From the sequence record DRR378314_251: 64,000 nt of DNA; one strand, written 5' to 3'. Of this stretch, positions 1-10,638 are shown piece by piece; position 1 is the first letter of the stretch; the number at the start of each line of letters is the position of its first letter. The translations under genes were made by a program, and so were the position numbers. The notes below the pieces were generated by a model. It saw nothing but the letters and a program-made list of their open reading frames with translations, ran no database searches and was not told where the DNA came from.

Positions 1-768
1 GTCATTGGTCAGGATCATGCCGCCGCGTGGACCGCGCAGGGTCTTGTGCGTCGTCGTGGTCGCAACATGCGCATATTCAAGCGGATTCGGATGTGCGCCG
101 CCGGCAACCAATCCAGCGAAGTGGGCCATATCCACCATGAACAGCGCACCGACCTCATCAGCGATTTCGCGGAAGCGCTTGAAATTGATCTGACGCGGGT
201 AAGCCGATCCACCGGCGATAATCAGTTGAGGACGATGTGCTTTCGCCAGTCGCTCAACCTCAACGAAATCGATCTGGTCGTCTTCGCGGCTAACTCCATA
301 CTGCACAGCATTGAACCATTTACCCGACTGGTTTGGACGCGCCCCATGCGTAAGGTGTCCACCGGCATCCAGGCTCATGCCAAGAATTGTGTCTCCTGGT
401 TTCAATACCGCCTGAAACACGCCTTGGTTGGCCTGACTACCGGAGTTGGGCTGTACGTTGGCAAACTCGCAATTGAAGAGTTGTTTGGCCCGTGAAATAG
501 CCAGCTCTTCCGCGATATCCACGAATTCGCATCCGCCATAATAGCGCCGACCGGGATACCCTTCCGCATACTTGTTCGTCAGGATCGTACCCTGCGCATC
601 AAGCACGGCCTGGGAAACGATATTTTCCGAAGCAATCAATTCAATTTGCTGCTGCTGACGCGTGCGCTCTTTCTTGATTGCTTCGAACAGTTCAGGATCA
701 CGTTCCTCCAGCCTTTGGCTGAAGAAATCAGTCGTGTCGGGGCGTGCTGACTGGGCTGTGTCTGCCAT
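1..768 (-). CDS. glyA: Serine hydroxymethyltransferase (5' part; runs off the window)
   Basis: Manual translation from ATG at 768: ...IELIASEN...[18 protein letters not shown]...GGHLTHG...[13 protein letters not shown] (PLP lysine motif). Missing from the ORF track because the stop lies outside the window. Confidence 0.97.
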   Translation of the reverse strand, partial: MADTAQSARPDTTDFFSQRLEERDPELFEAIKKERTRQQQQIELIASENIVSQAVLDAQGTILTNKYAEGYPGRRYYGGCEFVDIAEELAISRAKQLFNCEFANVQPNSGSQANQGVFQAVLKPGDTILGMSLDAGGHLTHGARPNQSGKWFNAVQYGVSREDDQIDFVEVERLAKAHRPQLIIAGGSAYPRQINFKRFREIADEVGALFMVDMAHFAGLVAGGAHPNPLEYAHVATTTTHKTLRGPRGGMILTND

Positions 769-990
769 GTAGCGAATCTCCTGCTGGGTTACGCGCTGTT
801 TACGCCCGGCGGCGAGAAGCCGCAACCATTCCAAACCGCGCACGGCAGAATATCGCACTCAATGCCGCCATGATGCGAATTAACATCAAGAATATCATGT
901 AAATACTTGAAGATGTGTGGTATTTAAAGATTAACAGGGGCTACAAATCAAAACTCCATATCGCTTTTCATACCCGAGTCTTGTCCGACC

Positions 991-1416
991 ATGACCGAAT
1001 ACGAGACATCTGACCTACTCGACATGACGACGGAGATCGTTTCGTCGTACATCTCTAATAATCAAATTGATGCAGAGACGTTGCCTGTCCTGATCCGCAA
1101 TGTTTACAGCACAGTCTCTTCCCTGTCCGCGACAAGCGAACCAGTCACAGAGACAGCCGAGCCCGCCGTCCCAATCGCCAAATCCATATTGCCTGATTAC
1201 CTGATCTGCCTGGAGGATGGGCGAAAACTCAAGATGCTGAAGCGCTACCTTCGGTCGAAATTCGATATGACGCCGGAAGAGTATCGTGCGAAATGGGACC
1301 TTCCTTCGGATTATCCCATGGTTGCGCCCAACTACGCAAAACTCAGGTCAAAACATGCCAAACAAATCGGTCTGGGCAAGAAAGCGGCACCGACTACCGG
1401 CAAGAAAGCCAAATAG
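991..1416 (+). CDS. mucR: MucR/Ros family zinc-finger transcriptional regulator
   Basis: PAVPIAKSI..DYLICLEDGRKLKMLKRYLR..MTPEEYRAKWDLPSDYPMVAPNY signature. Confidence 0.93.
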   Translation: MTEYETSDLLDMTTEIVSSYISNNQIDAETLPVLIRNVYSTVSSLSATSEPVTETAEPAVPIAKSILPDYLICLEDGRKLKMLKRYLRSKFDMTPEEYRAKWDLPSDYPMVAPNYAKLRSKHAKQIGLGKKAAPTTGKKAK

Positions 1417-1428
1417 GCACTAAGATGC

Positions 1429-2646
1429 CTAAGCGGCCTTGTCGAGCCCAAGCTGTTTCCAAACAGCGAGAATGGCCGCGACCAGCTCGTCCATCATGAC
1501 CTCATCATGGACAGGGCTAGGCGTGAAGCGGAGACGCTCGGTGCCTTTTGGAACTGTTGGATAGTTGATCGGCTGCACGTAAATCCCGAAGTCAAACAGC
1601 AGCGTGTCAGACAGGGCCTTGCAACGCTCAGGGTCTCCCACAAGCAACGGAACAATATGGGTGTCCGTGTCAATCATTGGCAGACCGGCATCACGAAACT
1701 TCTGCTTCAGCAATGCAGCATTGGCCTGATGTTTTCCGCGCAATTCGCGCCCCGCATCTGTCCGCAACTTCTGAATGCTGGCCAGCGCACCAGCCGCCAT
1801 GACCGGGCAGGTTGACGTCGTGAAAATAAATCCCGAAGCCATCGACCGAATCGCGTCGACCACGGTCTCGTGGCTGGCGATATAGCCGCCCATCACACCA
1901 TAAGCTTTGCCGAGCGTACCCTCGATGATATCGATCCGGTCAGCCAGGCCCCACATTTCTGCGACGCCAGCGCCATTATCTCCGTACATGCCGACCGCAT
2001 GGACTTCGTCCAGATAGGTCAGGGCATCAAACTCATCGGCTAGATCACAGATTTCTTCCATGCGGCCGAAATCGCCATCCATGGAATAGACGCTCTCGAA
2101 TGCGATCAGCTTCGGACGGCTCGGATCGTCATTCTCCATGAGTGCCCGCAAATGCTCGACATCATTGTGACGGAAGATTCGACGGTCCGCCCCTGACCGA
2201 CGGATGCCTTCGATCATGGATGCGTGATTCAGGGAGTCTGAATAGATGATGAGATCTGGAAGGATCTTGCCCAATGTGGACAGCGTCGCCTCATTGGAAA
2301 CATACCCTGATGTGAACAGCAGCGCAGATTCCTTGCCATGCAAATCAGCGAGCTCTCGCTCAAGGTCTACGTGATATCGGGTCGTGCCAGAAATGTTGCG
2401 CGTACCGCCAGATCCTGCACCAAAACTGTCGATCGCCTGATGCATGGAGTTGATGACATCATCGTCCTGCCCCATGCCGAGATAATCGTTGGAACACCAG
2501 ATCGTGACTTCGCGCTCACCGTCCTCGAATCTCGCGGTCGCCTTTGGAAACCGTCCCTTGTGACGGTGCAAGTCCACGAATACGCGGTACCGGCCTTCGC
2601 CGTGAATGGAATTGAGGGCGTCTTCAAAGGCCTTCAGATGTTTCAT
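1429..2646 (-). CDS. hemA: 5-aminolevulinate synthase
   Basis: [44 protein letters not shown] motifs. Confidence 0.96.
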   Translation of the reverse strand: MKHLKAFEDALNSIHGEGRYRVFVDLHRHKGRFPKATARFEDGEREVTIWCSNDYLGMGQDDDVINSMHQAIDSFGAGSGGTRNISGTTRYHVDLERELADLHGKESALLFTSGYVSNEATLSTLGKILPDLIIYSDSLNHASMIEGIRRSGADRRIFRHNDVEHLRALMENDDPSRPKLIAFESVYSMDGDFGRMEEICDLADEFDALTYLDEVHAVGMYGDNGAGVAEMWGLADRIDIIEGTLGKAYGVMGGYIASHETVVDAIRSMASGFIFTTSTCPVMAAGALASIQKLRTDAGRELRGKHQANAALLKQKFRDAGLPMIDTDTHIVPLLVGDPERCKALSDTLLFDFGIYVQPINYPTVPKGTERLRFTPSPVHDEVMMDELVAAILAVWKQLGLDKAA

Positions 2647-2749
2647 CTGCTTCGTTCCCGATATTTCGTGAGCCTACATAGTGCCGTATTGAGCAATTGA
2701 TAATGGCTCCATACGCCGCGGGCCGCTTTTGTCGCATAGGGGAAACCCC

Positions 2750-3556
2750 TTACGCGTCATAGCCCGGCATTTCACGGTCGAGCTTCCGCAACAGCGCTGG
2801 CCAGATCAGTTTCTCAGTCAACATGCTCATTCCAGAGCTGTGCTCGGTCATTCCACCCTGCCCGGCAACCTTTTGCTGTAGGTCGTTGTCACATTCGAGC
2901 ACGCCGTCGCGCCCAGCTGACAGCGCCATAATCTGCATGTTGCACGCGCGCTCGAGGAAGAACATGCGTGTGAATGCTGAAGCCGCCGTCTCTCCGATGG
3001 TAAGCGTGCCGTGGTTGCGCAGAAGCATGGAATGCTTCTTAGGACCAAGGTCAGCCACCAGGCGCTCACGCTCATCCAGATCCAGGGCGATACCCTCATA
3101 ATCGTGATAGGCAATGTCTTCGCGAACGATCATCGCAGTCTGGCTGAGCGGCATCAGCCCCTCTTTTTGCGAAGACACCGCTACGCCTTGATCTGTGTGG
3201 ACGTGAATGACCACTTTGGCGTCATCGCGTGCGTCATGAATCGCCGAGTGAATCGTGAAACCAGCCGGATTGATGAAGTGGTCAGTTTCCTGAACCACAT
3301 TCCCCTCAAGATCGACTTTAACCAGCGACGAAGCGGTAATCTCTTCGAAAAAGTGCCCATAGGGATTGATCAGGAAGTGGTGGTCGGGGCCTGGAACGCG
3401 ATGTGAAATATGGGTGAAAATCATGTCATCCCACCCATGCATGGCAATCAAACGATATAGTGCCGCAAGGTCGACGCGCGCTTGCCACTCCTCCGCTGAA
3501 ACACTGGAACGAATATCTACTTTCTGCGCGCCATCGGCCATGACCTGTTCTCCCAT
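2750..3556 (-). CDS. Class II aldolase/adducin family protein
   Basis: EEWQARVDLAA, THISHR, FLINPYG, GFTIHSAIH, HVHT, LRNHG. Confidence 0.9.
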   Translation of the reverse strand: MGEQVMADGAQKVDIRSSVSAEEWQARVDLAALYRLIAMHGWDDMIFTHISHRVPGPDHHFLINPYGHFFEEITASSLVKVDLEGNVVQETDHFINPAGFTIHSAIHDARDDAKVVIHVHTDQGVAVSSQKEGLMPLSQTAMIVREDIAYHDYEGIALDLDERERLVADLGPKKHSMLLRNHGTLTIGETAASAFTRMFFLERACNMQIMALSAGRDGVLECDNDLQQKVAGQGGMTEHSSGMSMLTEKLIWPALLRKLDREMPGYDA

Positions 3557-3697
3557 AGTAACTTTTGCAGGAGAGTAACGGATTAGTGGTGCCTACGCCA
3601 GAAAAAGCTGACACTGGCGTCATCTTGCAAATGCGCCGCACGCTCAGCTGATTTGGGTATTCCCAATGGCTTGACGCACCCTTCAATACCAAAGCAC

Positions 3698-4471
3698 ATG
3701 ACGCAAATGAGTGGACCACGCCTGCATTTTTACGCCTCCAAACGCCCTGAAGCTCAGGAAGCCTTATCCGTGTTGACCAACAAGTATGGCCAGCACGATG
3801 AGGAAGATGCCGAAGTTATCGTCGCCCTCGGAGGCGACGGTGCCATGCTGGATTCGCTCCGGCGGCAGTTCGAGGGTGGCAAACCGGTTTACGGCATGAA
3901 TCGAGGGACGGTTGGGTTCCTGATGAACGAATATGGCGTTGATGCCCTGCCCGACAGAATCAATGCAGCGGAACGCGCTGTAATCTCACCGCTGCGCATG
4001 ACCGTTCGCGACGTGCATGAACACGAGCATCACGCGTTGGCGATCAATGAAGTATCGATGTTTCGACAAACCGCGCAGACTTCACGCTTCCGGATTACGG
4101 TCGATGGAAAAACGCGCATGGACGAGCTTGCCTGCGACGGATTGATGGTGGCGACTCCCGCCGGTTCCACGGCATACAATTTGTCCGCCCATGGCCCCAT
4201 TTTGCCAATTGGTGCGGGCTTGCTGGCCCTGACACCTGTGAGTGCTTTCCGCCCGAGACGATGGAAAGGTGCCCTGCTCCGCCGCGATGCGCATGTGAGG
4301 ATTGATGTAATCGCCCCGATCCTGCGTCCTGTGGCGGCTGCTGCGGACAATCAGGAAGTCAGGGATATTGTCAGTGTGGACGTTCAGGAAGACCGCAGGC
4401 GCCTGACAATGTTGTTTGACCCGGGGCACGCCCTGGACGAGCGCATTCTCCGCGAACAGTTTGGTTTCTAA
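3698..4471 (+). CDS. nadK: NAD kinase
   Basis: LGGDG, GFL, NE and DGLMVATPAGSTAYNLSAHGP motifs; start at ATG 3698 (3707 alternative). Confidence 0.92.
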   Translation: MTQMSGPRLHFYASKRPEAQEALSVLTNKYGQHDEEDAEVIVALGGDGAMLDSLRRQFEGGKPVYGMNRGTVGFLMNEYGVDALPDRINAAERAVISPLRMTVRDVHEHEHHALAINEVSMFRQTAQTSRFRITVDGKTRMDELACDGLMVATPAGSTAYNLSAHGPILPIGAGLLALTPVSAFRPRRWKGALLRRDAHVRIDVIAPILRPVAAAADNQEVRDIVSVDVQEDRRRLTMLFDPGHALDERILREQFGF

Positions 4472-4547
4472 AGGAATTACAAAGGTTTTCGGTCAGGAAA
4501 ACGTTAAGCCTTATAAACTATGATGGCACCAAATACGGGGAGTCATC

Positions 4548-5114
4548 ATGCTCAAATCCATGCTTCAGAAACTCAAATCCGGAAATGGAGCTCGAACCAG
4601 TTCTTCGGATGTTGTCGTACCGGATATCAGCCGCGTAATCAAAATGCCCCCGTCCGCATCATCCCCTGATGCCGCACCTTCTGACCCGTCAATCGAGCAC
4701 GATCCGGAAGAGCTTGGTGATCGTGCAGAAGCCGCGGTCGATGACCTGTCATCACGTTTCGAGGCGTGGATGCAGGCAGATCTCGACAAGCTCAAACAGG
4801 CTTGGGCAGCTGCAAAGGAAGACGGCGCAACTTCAGACGTCTACAAGTCGCTGGAAACTTGCGCACACAATATCCGTGGCGTGGCGACGTCTTATGGATA
4901 CCCAGCGATATCGCGGCTCTGCGGTTCACTCTGCGCCTTGCTGGCCGACACGCAGCCCGGCGAGAATGACGCCTTGATCAACCTTCATGTTGAGGCATGC
5001 TCTGCAGCTTTTGGATCGATAGGGCGCGGTGAAGCGGCACATTCTGTTGCGGACGCCGTGTGCGACGCGCTTGAAGAACGCGTCGCAGTGAAAGCGAAAA
5101 AGTCCTCAGAGTAG
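4548..5114 (+). CDS. Hpt (histidine phosphotransfer) domain protein
   Basis: Helical domain with AHNIRGVATSYGYP (H-x-x-K/R-G Hpt motif). Confidence 0.75.
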   Translation: MLKSMLQKLKSGNGARTSSSDVVVPDISRVIKMPPSASSPDAAPSDPSIEHDPEELGDRAEAAVDDLSSRFEAWMQADLDKLKQAWAAAKEDGATSDVYKSLETCAHNIRGVATSYGYPAISRLCGSLCALLADTQPGENDALINLHVEACSAAFGSIGRGEAAHSVADAVCDALEERVAVKAKKSSE

Positions 5115-5189
5115 CTTTCAAAAGCTCTGCGCGCACTTTTTGCTGGAGCCGTGAAGCACAATCGTTCGGTGGTACTTTTCCGTTTGGGT

Positions 5190-5996
5190 CTATTTCATCA
5201 AACGTCTGGCCTGCTTCACCCACTCTTCTCTCACGATGCGACCGCGAGCCATGATCTTCGCATCAAGCGCCTCAATTTCTGCCTTGTTCAAGGCGGCGAT
5301 CTCGGAGAACGTTGCAATTCCTGCAGACTTCAATCTCGCGGCGAGCGCTGGCCCAACGCCCGTCATCAACGTGAAATCATCCGCCGGGTCTGTATCCTGT
5401 TTAGGCTTGGGTGTGGGCTTGTCGGAAGGTTTCGCAGGCGCATCGACAGAGCCGGCCATTGCTTCGTGAAGTGCATCCGTTGTCTTCTTGGCCGCCTTCA
5501 TACTGGACTTCACAATGTCTGAGCTCGCCTCAGCGGCAACGGCTTCAATTTCTGTAGACAGACGGGAAATACGCTCCTTCAGATCCTGACTTCGGGCCTT
5601 CGAGTGTGCCCTCGCTTTAGAGAATGACTGCACAACCTCCTCTTCAAGCTTTTCGAGTTTTGCTGCGAGCTTCTTTCCCTTTTTACCTGCTTCCGAGTTC
5701 TCTACACGAGCCTGCAATTCCTTCTCGATTTCCTGGCCCTGCTGGACCAGCTCCTCGAAGAGCTCAGTAGACTGTTTATTAAAGGCCTTGCTGCTCTCGA
5801 TCGCCTTGTCGTAGGCTTTTCCATATGCGCCAATTCCAGCGAGCCATATCTTATGCGCTATCTCAGTCGAGTTGAGTTCTGGAACCGGCGTCGAGGACTT
5901 CTTGTTCTTCTTTGCCTTCTTGGTCTCTTTTGGCGACTTGCTCGAGTTTGATTGCTCTGACGAGAGCTTGGACTTCTTGTCCTTCTTCTTGGCCAT
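5190..5996 (-). CDS. Phasin-like (PhaF/PhaI-type) protein with C-terminal helix-hairpin-helix domain
   Basis: KIWLAGIGAYGKA..LFEELVQQG phasin motif; C-terminal DDFTLMTGVGPALAARL..GIATFSEIA; Lys-rich N-terminus. Confidence 0.7.
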   Translation of the reverse strand: MAKKKDKKSKLSSEQSNSSKSPKETKKAKKNKKSSTPVPELNSTEIAHKIWLAGIGAYGKAYDKAIESSKAFNKQSTELFEELVQQGQEIEKELQARVENSEAGKKGKKLAAKLEKLEEEVVQSFSKARAHSKARSQDLKERISRLSTEIEAVAAEASSDIVKSSMKAAKKTTDALHEAMAGSVDAPAKPSDKPTPKPKQDTDPADDFTLMTGVGPALAARLKSAGIATFSEIAALNKAEIEALDAKIMARGRIVREEWVKQARRLMK

Positions 5997-6135
5997 GGAA
6001 TGACTCCTTCATTCGATTAATACTGTGAACATCCAATACTGGTTACAGTCAAATCTTATACTAAACGCGACACCCCTTGAAACCGGGCTTCGAATGTCCT
6101 GTATCTGACTCTCACGCACGAAGGAGAGCAAACAA

Positions 6136-6837
6136 ATGAGCGCAGTTGATTATACCGTCGATGGTAAGAGCTATGAAGGCTATTTCCTTCGGCCCAAAGG
6201 TAAGGAGGTTGCTCCGATCGTTGTCATCGCTCACGCTTGGGGCGGGCTTGGAGACAATGAACGCGAAAAAGCTGAGCGGATCGCCAATCTCGGCTATGCC
6301 GCTTTCGCCATGGATGTGTATGGCAAAGGCAAGCGCGGCTCGACTGTTGAAGAAAATCAGGCTCTGATGAATCCACTGGTCGAAGATCGCGCCGAGCTTC
6401 AAAAGCGCCTTGCTGGCAGCCTTGAAGCGGCGAAACAACAAGTCGGTGTTGATGCCAAGAAAGCGGCCGCAATCGGCTTTTGCTTTGGCGGCCTGGCTGT
6501 CCTGGACATGGCTCGCGCAAATCATGACGTTCTGGGCGTCGCGTCATTCCACGGGCTTTTCCGTCCGGCAGAAAATGTTCCGGCGCCAAAGATTACTGCC
6601 AAGGTCCTGATCGAGCATGGCTGGCACGATCCAATGGCAACGCCTGAAGACGTTTTTGCGATTGCAAAGGAACTGGAAGGCGCTGGAGCTGATTGGCAAC
6701 TGCACGCCCACGGCACCGCAGTTCATTCGTTCACAACGCTAGGCGCAGACAACAAGGAAATGGGAACAGTTTACAGCGCAGACGCGGACCGTCGCAGCTT
6801 CGAAAACCTTGAGAACTTCCTGGCTGAGCTGTTCTAG
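6136..6837 (+). CDS. Dienelactone hydrolase family protein
   Basis: GFCFGG nucleophile elbow, SFHG, HSFT. Confidence 0.9.
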   Translation: MSAVDYTVDGKSYEGYFLRPKGKEVAPIVVIAHAWGGLGDNEREKAERIANLGYAAFAMDVYGKGKRGSTVEENQALMNPLVEDRAELQKRLAGSLEAAKQQVGVDAKKAAAIGFCFGGLAVLDMARANHDVLGVASFHGLFRPAENVPAPKITAKVLIEHGWHDPMATPEDVFAIAKELEGAGADWQLHAHGTAVHSFTTLGADNKEMGTVYSADADRRSFENLENFLAELF

Positions 6838-7520
6838 TCGGCTCGAAGAGCATACCCGGCGGAGCGGACGGTCCTGATGGGATCGTCCCCGCCTTCCTGG
6901 CGCAACGCCTTGCGCAAACGCCCCACGTGAACATCAACTGTTCGCGCCTCGACATACACATCAGATCCCCAGACCGTGTCCAGCAATTGCTCTCGGGAAA
7001 ACACCCTCCCCGGATGCTGCATGAAGTAGTCCAAAAGACGGAACTCGGTTGGGCCCAAGTGAATATCCTGACCATTCCGCGCAACCTTATGAGCCACGCG
7101 ATCGATCTCTATATCCCCCACGGTGATCCGATCGTCTTTCAGGCCCGGTCGAATGCGGCGCAGGACGGCGCGCACACGCGCCATCAACTCTGTAGTTGAG
7201 AATGGTTTGGTGACGTAATCGTCCGCGCCAGTATCGAGGCCACGGATCCGGTCGCTTTCTTCACCGCGCGCAGTCAACATGATGATCGGCAAGTTTGGAT
7301 TCGTACCGCCACTGCGAACGCGGCGACAGACCTCAATCCCACTGACCTTTGGCAGCATCCAATCCAGCAACAGCAGATCTGGAGCGCGCTCCTCAATCAT
7401 GAGCATAGCCTCTTCACCGTCACTGGCGATGGCGACATCATAATCTTCTTTTTTGAGATTGTAGAAGAGCAGCTCCGAAACGGCACTTTCGTCTTCAGCA
7501 ATGAGCACATAGGGCTTCAT
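6834..7520 (-). CDS. phoB: Phosphate regulon response regulator
   Basis: REC (LLDWMLP) plus OmpR wHTH (LGPTEFRLL, RTVDVHVGRLRKAL); last gene of the pst-phoU operon. Confidence 0.96.
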   Translation of the reverse strand: MKPYVLIAEDESAVSELLFYNLKKEDYDVAIASDGEEAMLMIEERAPDLLLLDWMLPKVSGIEVCRRVRSGGTNPNLPIIMLTARGEESDRIRGLDTGADDYVTKPFSTTELMARVRAVLRRIRPGLKDDRITVGDIEIDRVAHKVARNGQDIHLGPTEFRLLDYFMQHPGRVFSREQLLDTVWGSDVYVEARTVDVHVGRLRKALRQEGGDDPIRTVRSAGYALRAD

Positions 7521-7547
7521 GACAGATCCTCTTGTCCTGCGTCCGGG

Positions 7548-8240
7548 TCAGACGCCCGTATTCGGTGATTTAGGGCGCTCATGGGGCATGAGATATTCGC
7601 CAGTGATTTGAAAGTAAATGAATTCTGCAATGTTCGTGCAGTGATCGCCAATCCGCTCGAGATTCTTTGCCATGAAAAGCATGTGCGCTCCGGCACCAAT
7701 CGTGCGGGGATCTTCGATCATGTAGGTTATCATCTCGCGAAATAGCGAATTATAATGCTGGTCGATGTCATCATCGCTTTCCCAAACGGTTTTGGCCGTC
7801 TCGGCGTTGCTAGTTGCATAGGCATCCAGCACGGAATGCAATTGAAACGATACGGGGCGCGCCATTCTCGCCACTCCGTGCCTCATATTTGAGGGCACGG
7901 AATCGTCCAGCATAAGTGTGCGTTTCCCGATATTCTTGGACAGGTCGCCAATTCGCTCCAGTTCGCCAGCAGTCTTGAGCGCTGCAAAAACTGATCTCAA
8001 ATCATGCGCCATCGGCTGCCGGCGCGCGATCAAACTGACGATCTGACGCTCAACCTCTTCCTCAAGCCGGTCCACGCTTGGATCGCGAGAGATGACATCT
8101 TTCGCAAGACTATGGTCATTTCTGTCCACAGCCAGGCATGAATCCAGGATCATTGTCTCAACAATGCCGCCCATTCGCATGAGATCAGCGGCGATTTTAT
8201 CGAGTTCATCTGTAAAGGCTGAGACGATATGGTCTGCCAT
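7548..8240 (-). CDS. phoU: Phosphate signalling protein PhoU
   Basis: QPMAHDLR, twin LERIGD motifs; operon context. Confidence 0.96.
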   Translation of the reverse strand: MADHIVSAFTDELDKIAADLMRMGGIVETMILDSCLAVDRNDHSLAKDVISRDPSVDRLEEEVERQIVSLIARRQPMAHDLRSVFAALKTAGELERIGDLSKNIGKRTLMLDDSVPSNMRHGVARMARPVSFQLHSVLDAYATSNAETAKTVWESDDDIDQHYNSLFREMITYMIEDPRTIGAGAHMLFMAKNLERIGDHCTNIAEFIYFQITGEYLMPHERPKSPNTGV

Positions 8241-8251
8241 TGCTGCTCCCT

Positions 8252-9076
8252 CTAGCCGAACCGGCCTGTAATGTAGTCTTCCGTGCGGCGCTCGCGCGGG
8301 CTGGTGAAGATTTGGTCTGTATCACCCATTTCGACCAAGTGCCCCAAATGGAAGAAGGCGGTACGCTGGGAAACGCGGGCAGCTTGTTGCATCGAGTGCG
8401 TGACAATTACGATGCAGTATCGCTTGCGAAGTTCATCAATCAACTCTTCGATCCGCGCCGTAGCAATCGGGTCGAGCGATGAACACGGCTCATCCATAAG
8501 GATCACTTCCGGACGCACCGCGATAGCCCGTGCGATACAAAGCCTTTGCTGCTGACCACCTGACAGGCTGGTACCGGGTTGTCCCAGACGATCCTTTACC
8601 TCTTCCCAGAGCCCAGCTCGGCGAAGGCTCTTTTCAACAATGGCGTCCAGTTCTTGCCGATCATCCACAAGCCCGTGAATGCGCGGCCCATAAGCGATGT
8701 TATCGTAGATCGATTTCGGGAATGGATTAGGCTTTTGAAATACCATCCCGACGCGGGAACGCAACAAGACTGGATCAATATGCGATGAGTTGATGTTTTC
8801 CCCGTCCATGAAAATCTCGCCGGTAACTTTCGCCCCATCGATCGTATCGTTCATGCGGTTCAGGCATCGAAGAAATGTCGACTTACCACAGCCAGAGGGA
8901 CCGATAAGAGCAGTTACCGAGCGGTCAAAAACCGGCAGCGACACATCAAACACAGCTTGCTTGCCGCTATAGAATACACTGACGTCCCGACAATCGATGC
9001 GCGGATAAAGCAGCGGTTGGCCATCGTCAGCGCCTTCTCCAGCAAGTGCCGGATCATAAGTCGTGTCCATTACCAT
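8252..9076 (-). CDS. pstB: Phosphate ABC transporter ATPase
   Basis: [44 protein letters not shown]. Confidence 0.97.
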   Translation of the reverse strand: MVMDTTYDPALAGEGADDGQPLLYPRIDCRDVSVFYSGKQAVFDVSLPVFDRSVTALIGPSGCGKSTFLRCLNRMNDTIDGAKVTGEIFMDGENINSSHIDPVLLRSRVGMVFQKPNPFPKSIYDNIAYGPRIHGLVDDRQELDAIVEKSLRRAGLWEEVKDRLGQPGTSLSGGQQQRLCIARAIAVRPEVILMDEPCSSLDPIATARIEELIDELRKRYCIVIVTHSMQQAARVSQRTAFFHLGHLVEMGDTDQIFTSPRERRTEDYITGRFG

Positions 9077-10638
9077 CTCCGCTCAAACTTGCGCCGCAGC
9101 AGGACTACAGCAAGGTTCATCAGAACCAAAATCGCCAGCAGTATGACAATCACTGCTGCAGTCATAGGCTCCCATGCCCTTTCGGCATTGGAGGCCCAAC
9201 TATAGATCAGAACCGGCAACGCTGTTGCCTCATCTGTTGTAGAAGACGGAACTTCAGCAACAAATGCCACCATCCCGATCAGCAGCAGCGGCGCTGTTTC
9301 ACCAAGCGCGCGCGCCATGCCAAGGATTGCTCCAGTCAACATGCCCGGTAGGGCCAGCGGTAATACGTGATGGAAAACCGCCTGCATCCGGGATGCACCA
9401 ACGGCCAGGGCCCCGCTTCTGATTGAAGGGGGCACAGCGCGAAGTGCGGCTCGCGCGGCAATAATCACGACCGGCAGGATCAACAACGCCAATACCAGAC
9501 CTCCGACAAGTGGGGCTGATCGTGGCAGGCCGAATGTTCCCAACAGCAATGTCGCCCCCAGCAGTCCAAACACGATGGAAGGAACTGCGGCCAGATTGTT
9601 GATGTTCACCTCGATGATCTGAGTGAGTCGGTTCTTTGGGGCGAATTCTTCCAGGAAAATCGCCGCAAAAATACCCATCGGGATAGAAACCGCCGCTGTC
9701 ACGAGCATTGTCAACAAGGATCCGACAAGCGCTGCCAGTGCACCGGCCAGTTCCGGGTATGTGCTGTCGGTATGAGTAAGCAAACTAAAGTGAGGCACAC
9801 GCTTGATGACGCCCTCTGCTTTCAATGCCAACGCCCACGCAATTTGCTGGTCGGATACAGATCTTTGATCTTCCGGAGACGGAATTATCACTGCCTTCAC
9901 AGACGCGCCGTCAAACTGATCCTGACGGCCCGTCAGAATCTCCAAGATGACGTTACCGTCTTCCACACTTTTTATTCGCGCGACTGATGTGTCCGCAACC
10001 AGCAAGACGGTTGGCTCAGCACCATGTTGACCAATCGCGGCGATTTTAGCCGACACCTTGTTCAACCTGTCGACCTCAATCTTGAAGTCGCCCTCTTCCG
10101 CATTCCGCATTGGCGACCACGCTTCACCTACTCGCAGGAAGATTGCTCTGGGAGCCGCGCCTTTAAGAAACATGTCCACATCATCAGACAATGGCACATC
10201 TACCGATGTCGTCTGTCCGATCAGGTGAGGTTCATTCGCCACTTTTCGCGCCAGTGGCAGCACAGCCATTCTGTCTATCAGGGAACTAAAGGCCCGTTTT
10301 GACTGAACTGTTTCATTCGCTTCAGGAAATCGCGTTAGCAAGTCATTCCGAACCAGGGAATAGAAGCCTTCGATATTTCGAGTGATTTCCTCTGGTGACG
10401 CGTCCCCTTCCGGCAGAATGGTCTGCGGACTTAACTCCAGATCAACGCGGATAACGTGAAAAGTGGACGCGCCGCTAGCCTTCCAGGCAATAGCTGAAAT
10501 CAAGAATACCAACGCGAATAGCGCAAACCCCAGCGCCACAATTCCGTAGCCCTGAAATCGCATATCAGCATTCCGCCGGCGCCGCAGGCGCTTCAGGGCC
10601 TTTTCTGACCGAAACGGATTGTCCTGCGCGTTATTCAT
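9070..10638 (-). CDS. pstA: Phosphate ABC transporter permease with large periplasmic insert
   Basis: [27 protein letters not shown]. Confidence 0.94.
   Translation of the reverse strand: MNNAQDNPFRSEKALKRLRRRRNADMRFQGYGIVALGFALFALVFLISAIAWKASGASTFHVIRVDLELSPQTILPEGDASPEEITRNIEGFYSLVRNDLLTRFPEANETVQSKRAFSSLIDRMAVLPLARKVANEPHLIGQTTSVDVPLSDDVDMFLKGAAPRAIFLRVGEAWSPMRNAEEGDFKIEVDRLNKVSAKIAAIGQHGAEPTVLLVADTSVARIKSVEDGNVILEILTGRQDQFDGASVKAVIIPSPEDQRSVSDQQIAWALALKAEGVIKRVPHFSLLTHTDSTYPELAGALAALVGSLLTMLVTAAVSIPMGIFAAIFLEEFAPKNRLTQIIEVNINNLAAVPSIVFGLLGATLLLGTFGLPRSAPLVGGLVLALLILPVVIIAARAALRAVPPSIRSGALAVGASRMQAVFHHVLPLALPGMLTGAILGMARALGETAPLLLIGMVAFVAEVPSSTTDEATALPVLIYSWASNAERAWEPMTAAVIVILLAILVLMNLAVVLLRRKFERRW

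Noticed and set aside
769-990. Possible ZTP or glycine riboswitch upstream of glyA
   Set aside because: No conserved aptamer motifs; the sequence looks like a plain promoter close to the start codon.
4504-4518. CtrA site upstream of the Hpt gene
   Set aside because: TTAA-N6-TAAAC has the wrong spacing and a mismatch.
4548-5114. Hpt as phosphorelay partner of the H-NOX hybrid kinase
   Set aside because: It lies about 17 kb away in the housekeeping block and nothing in the sequence links the two.
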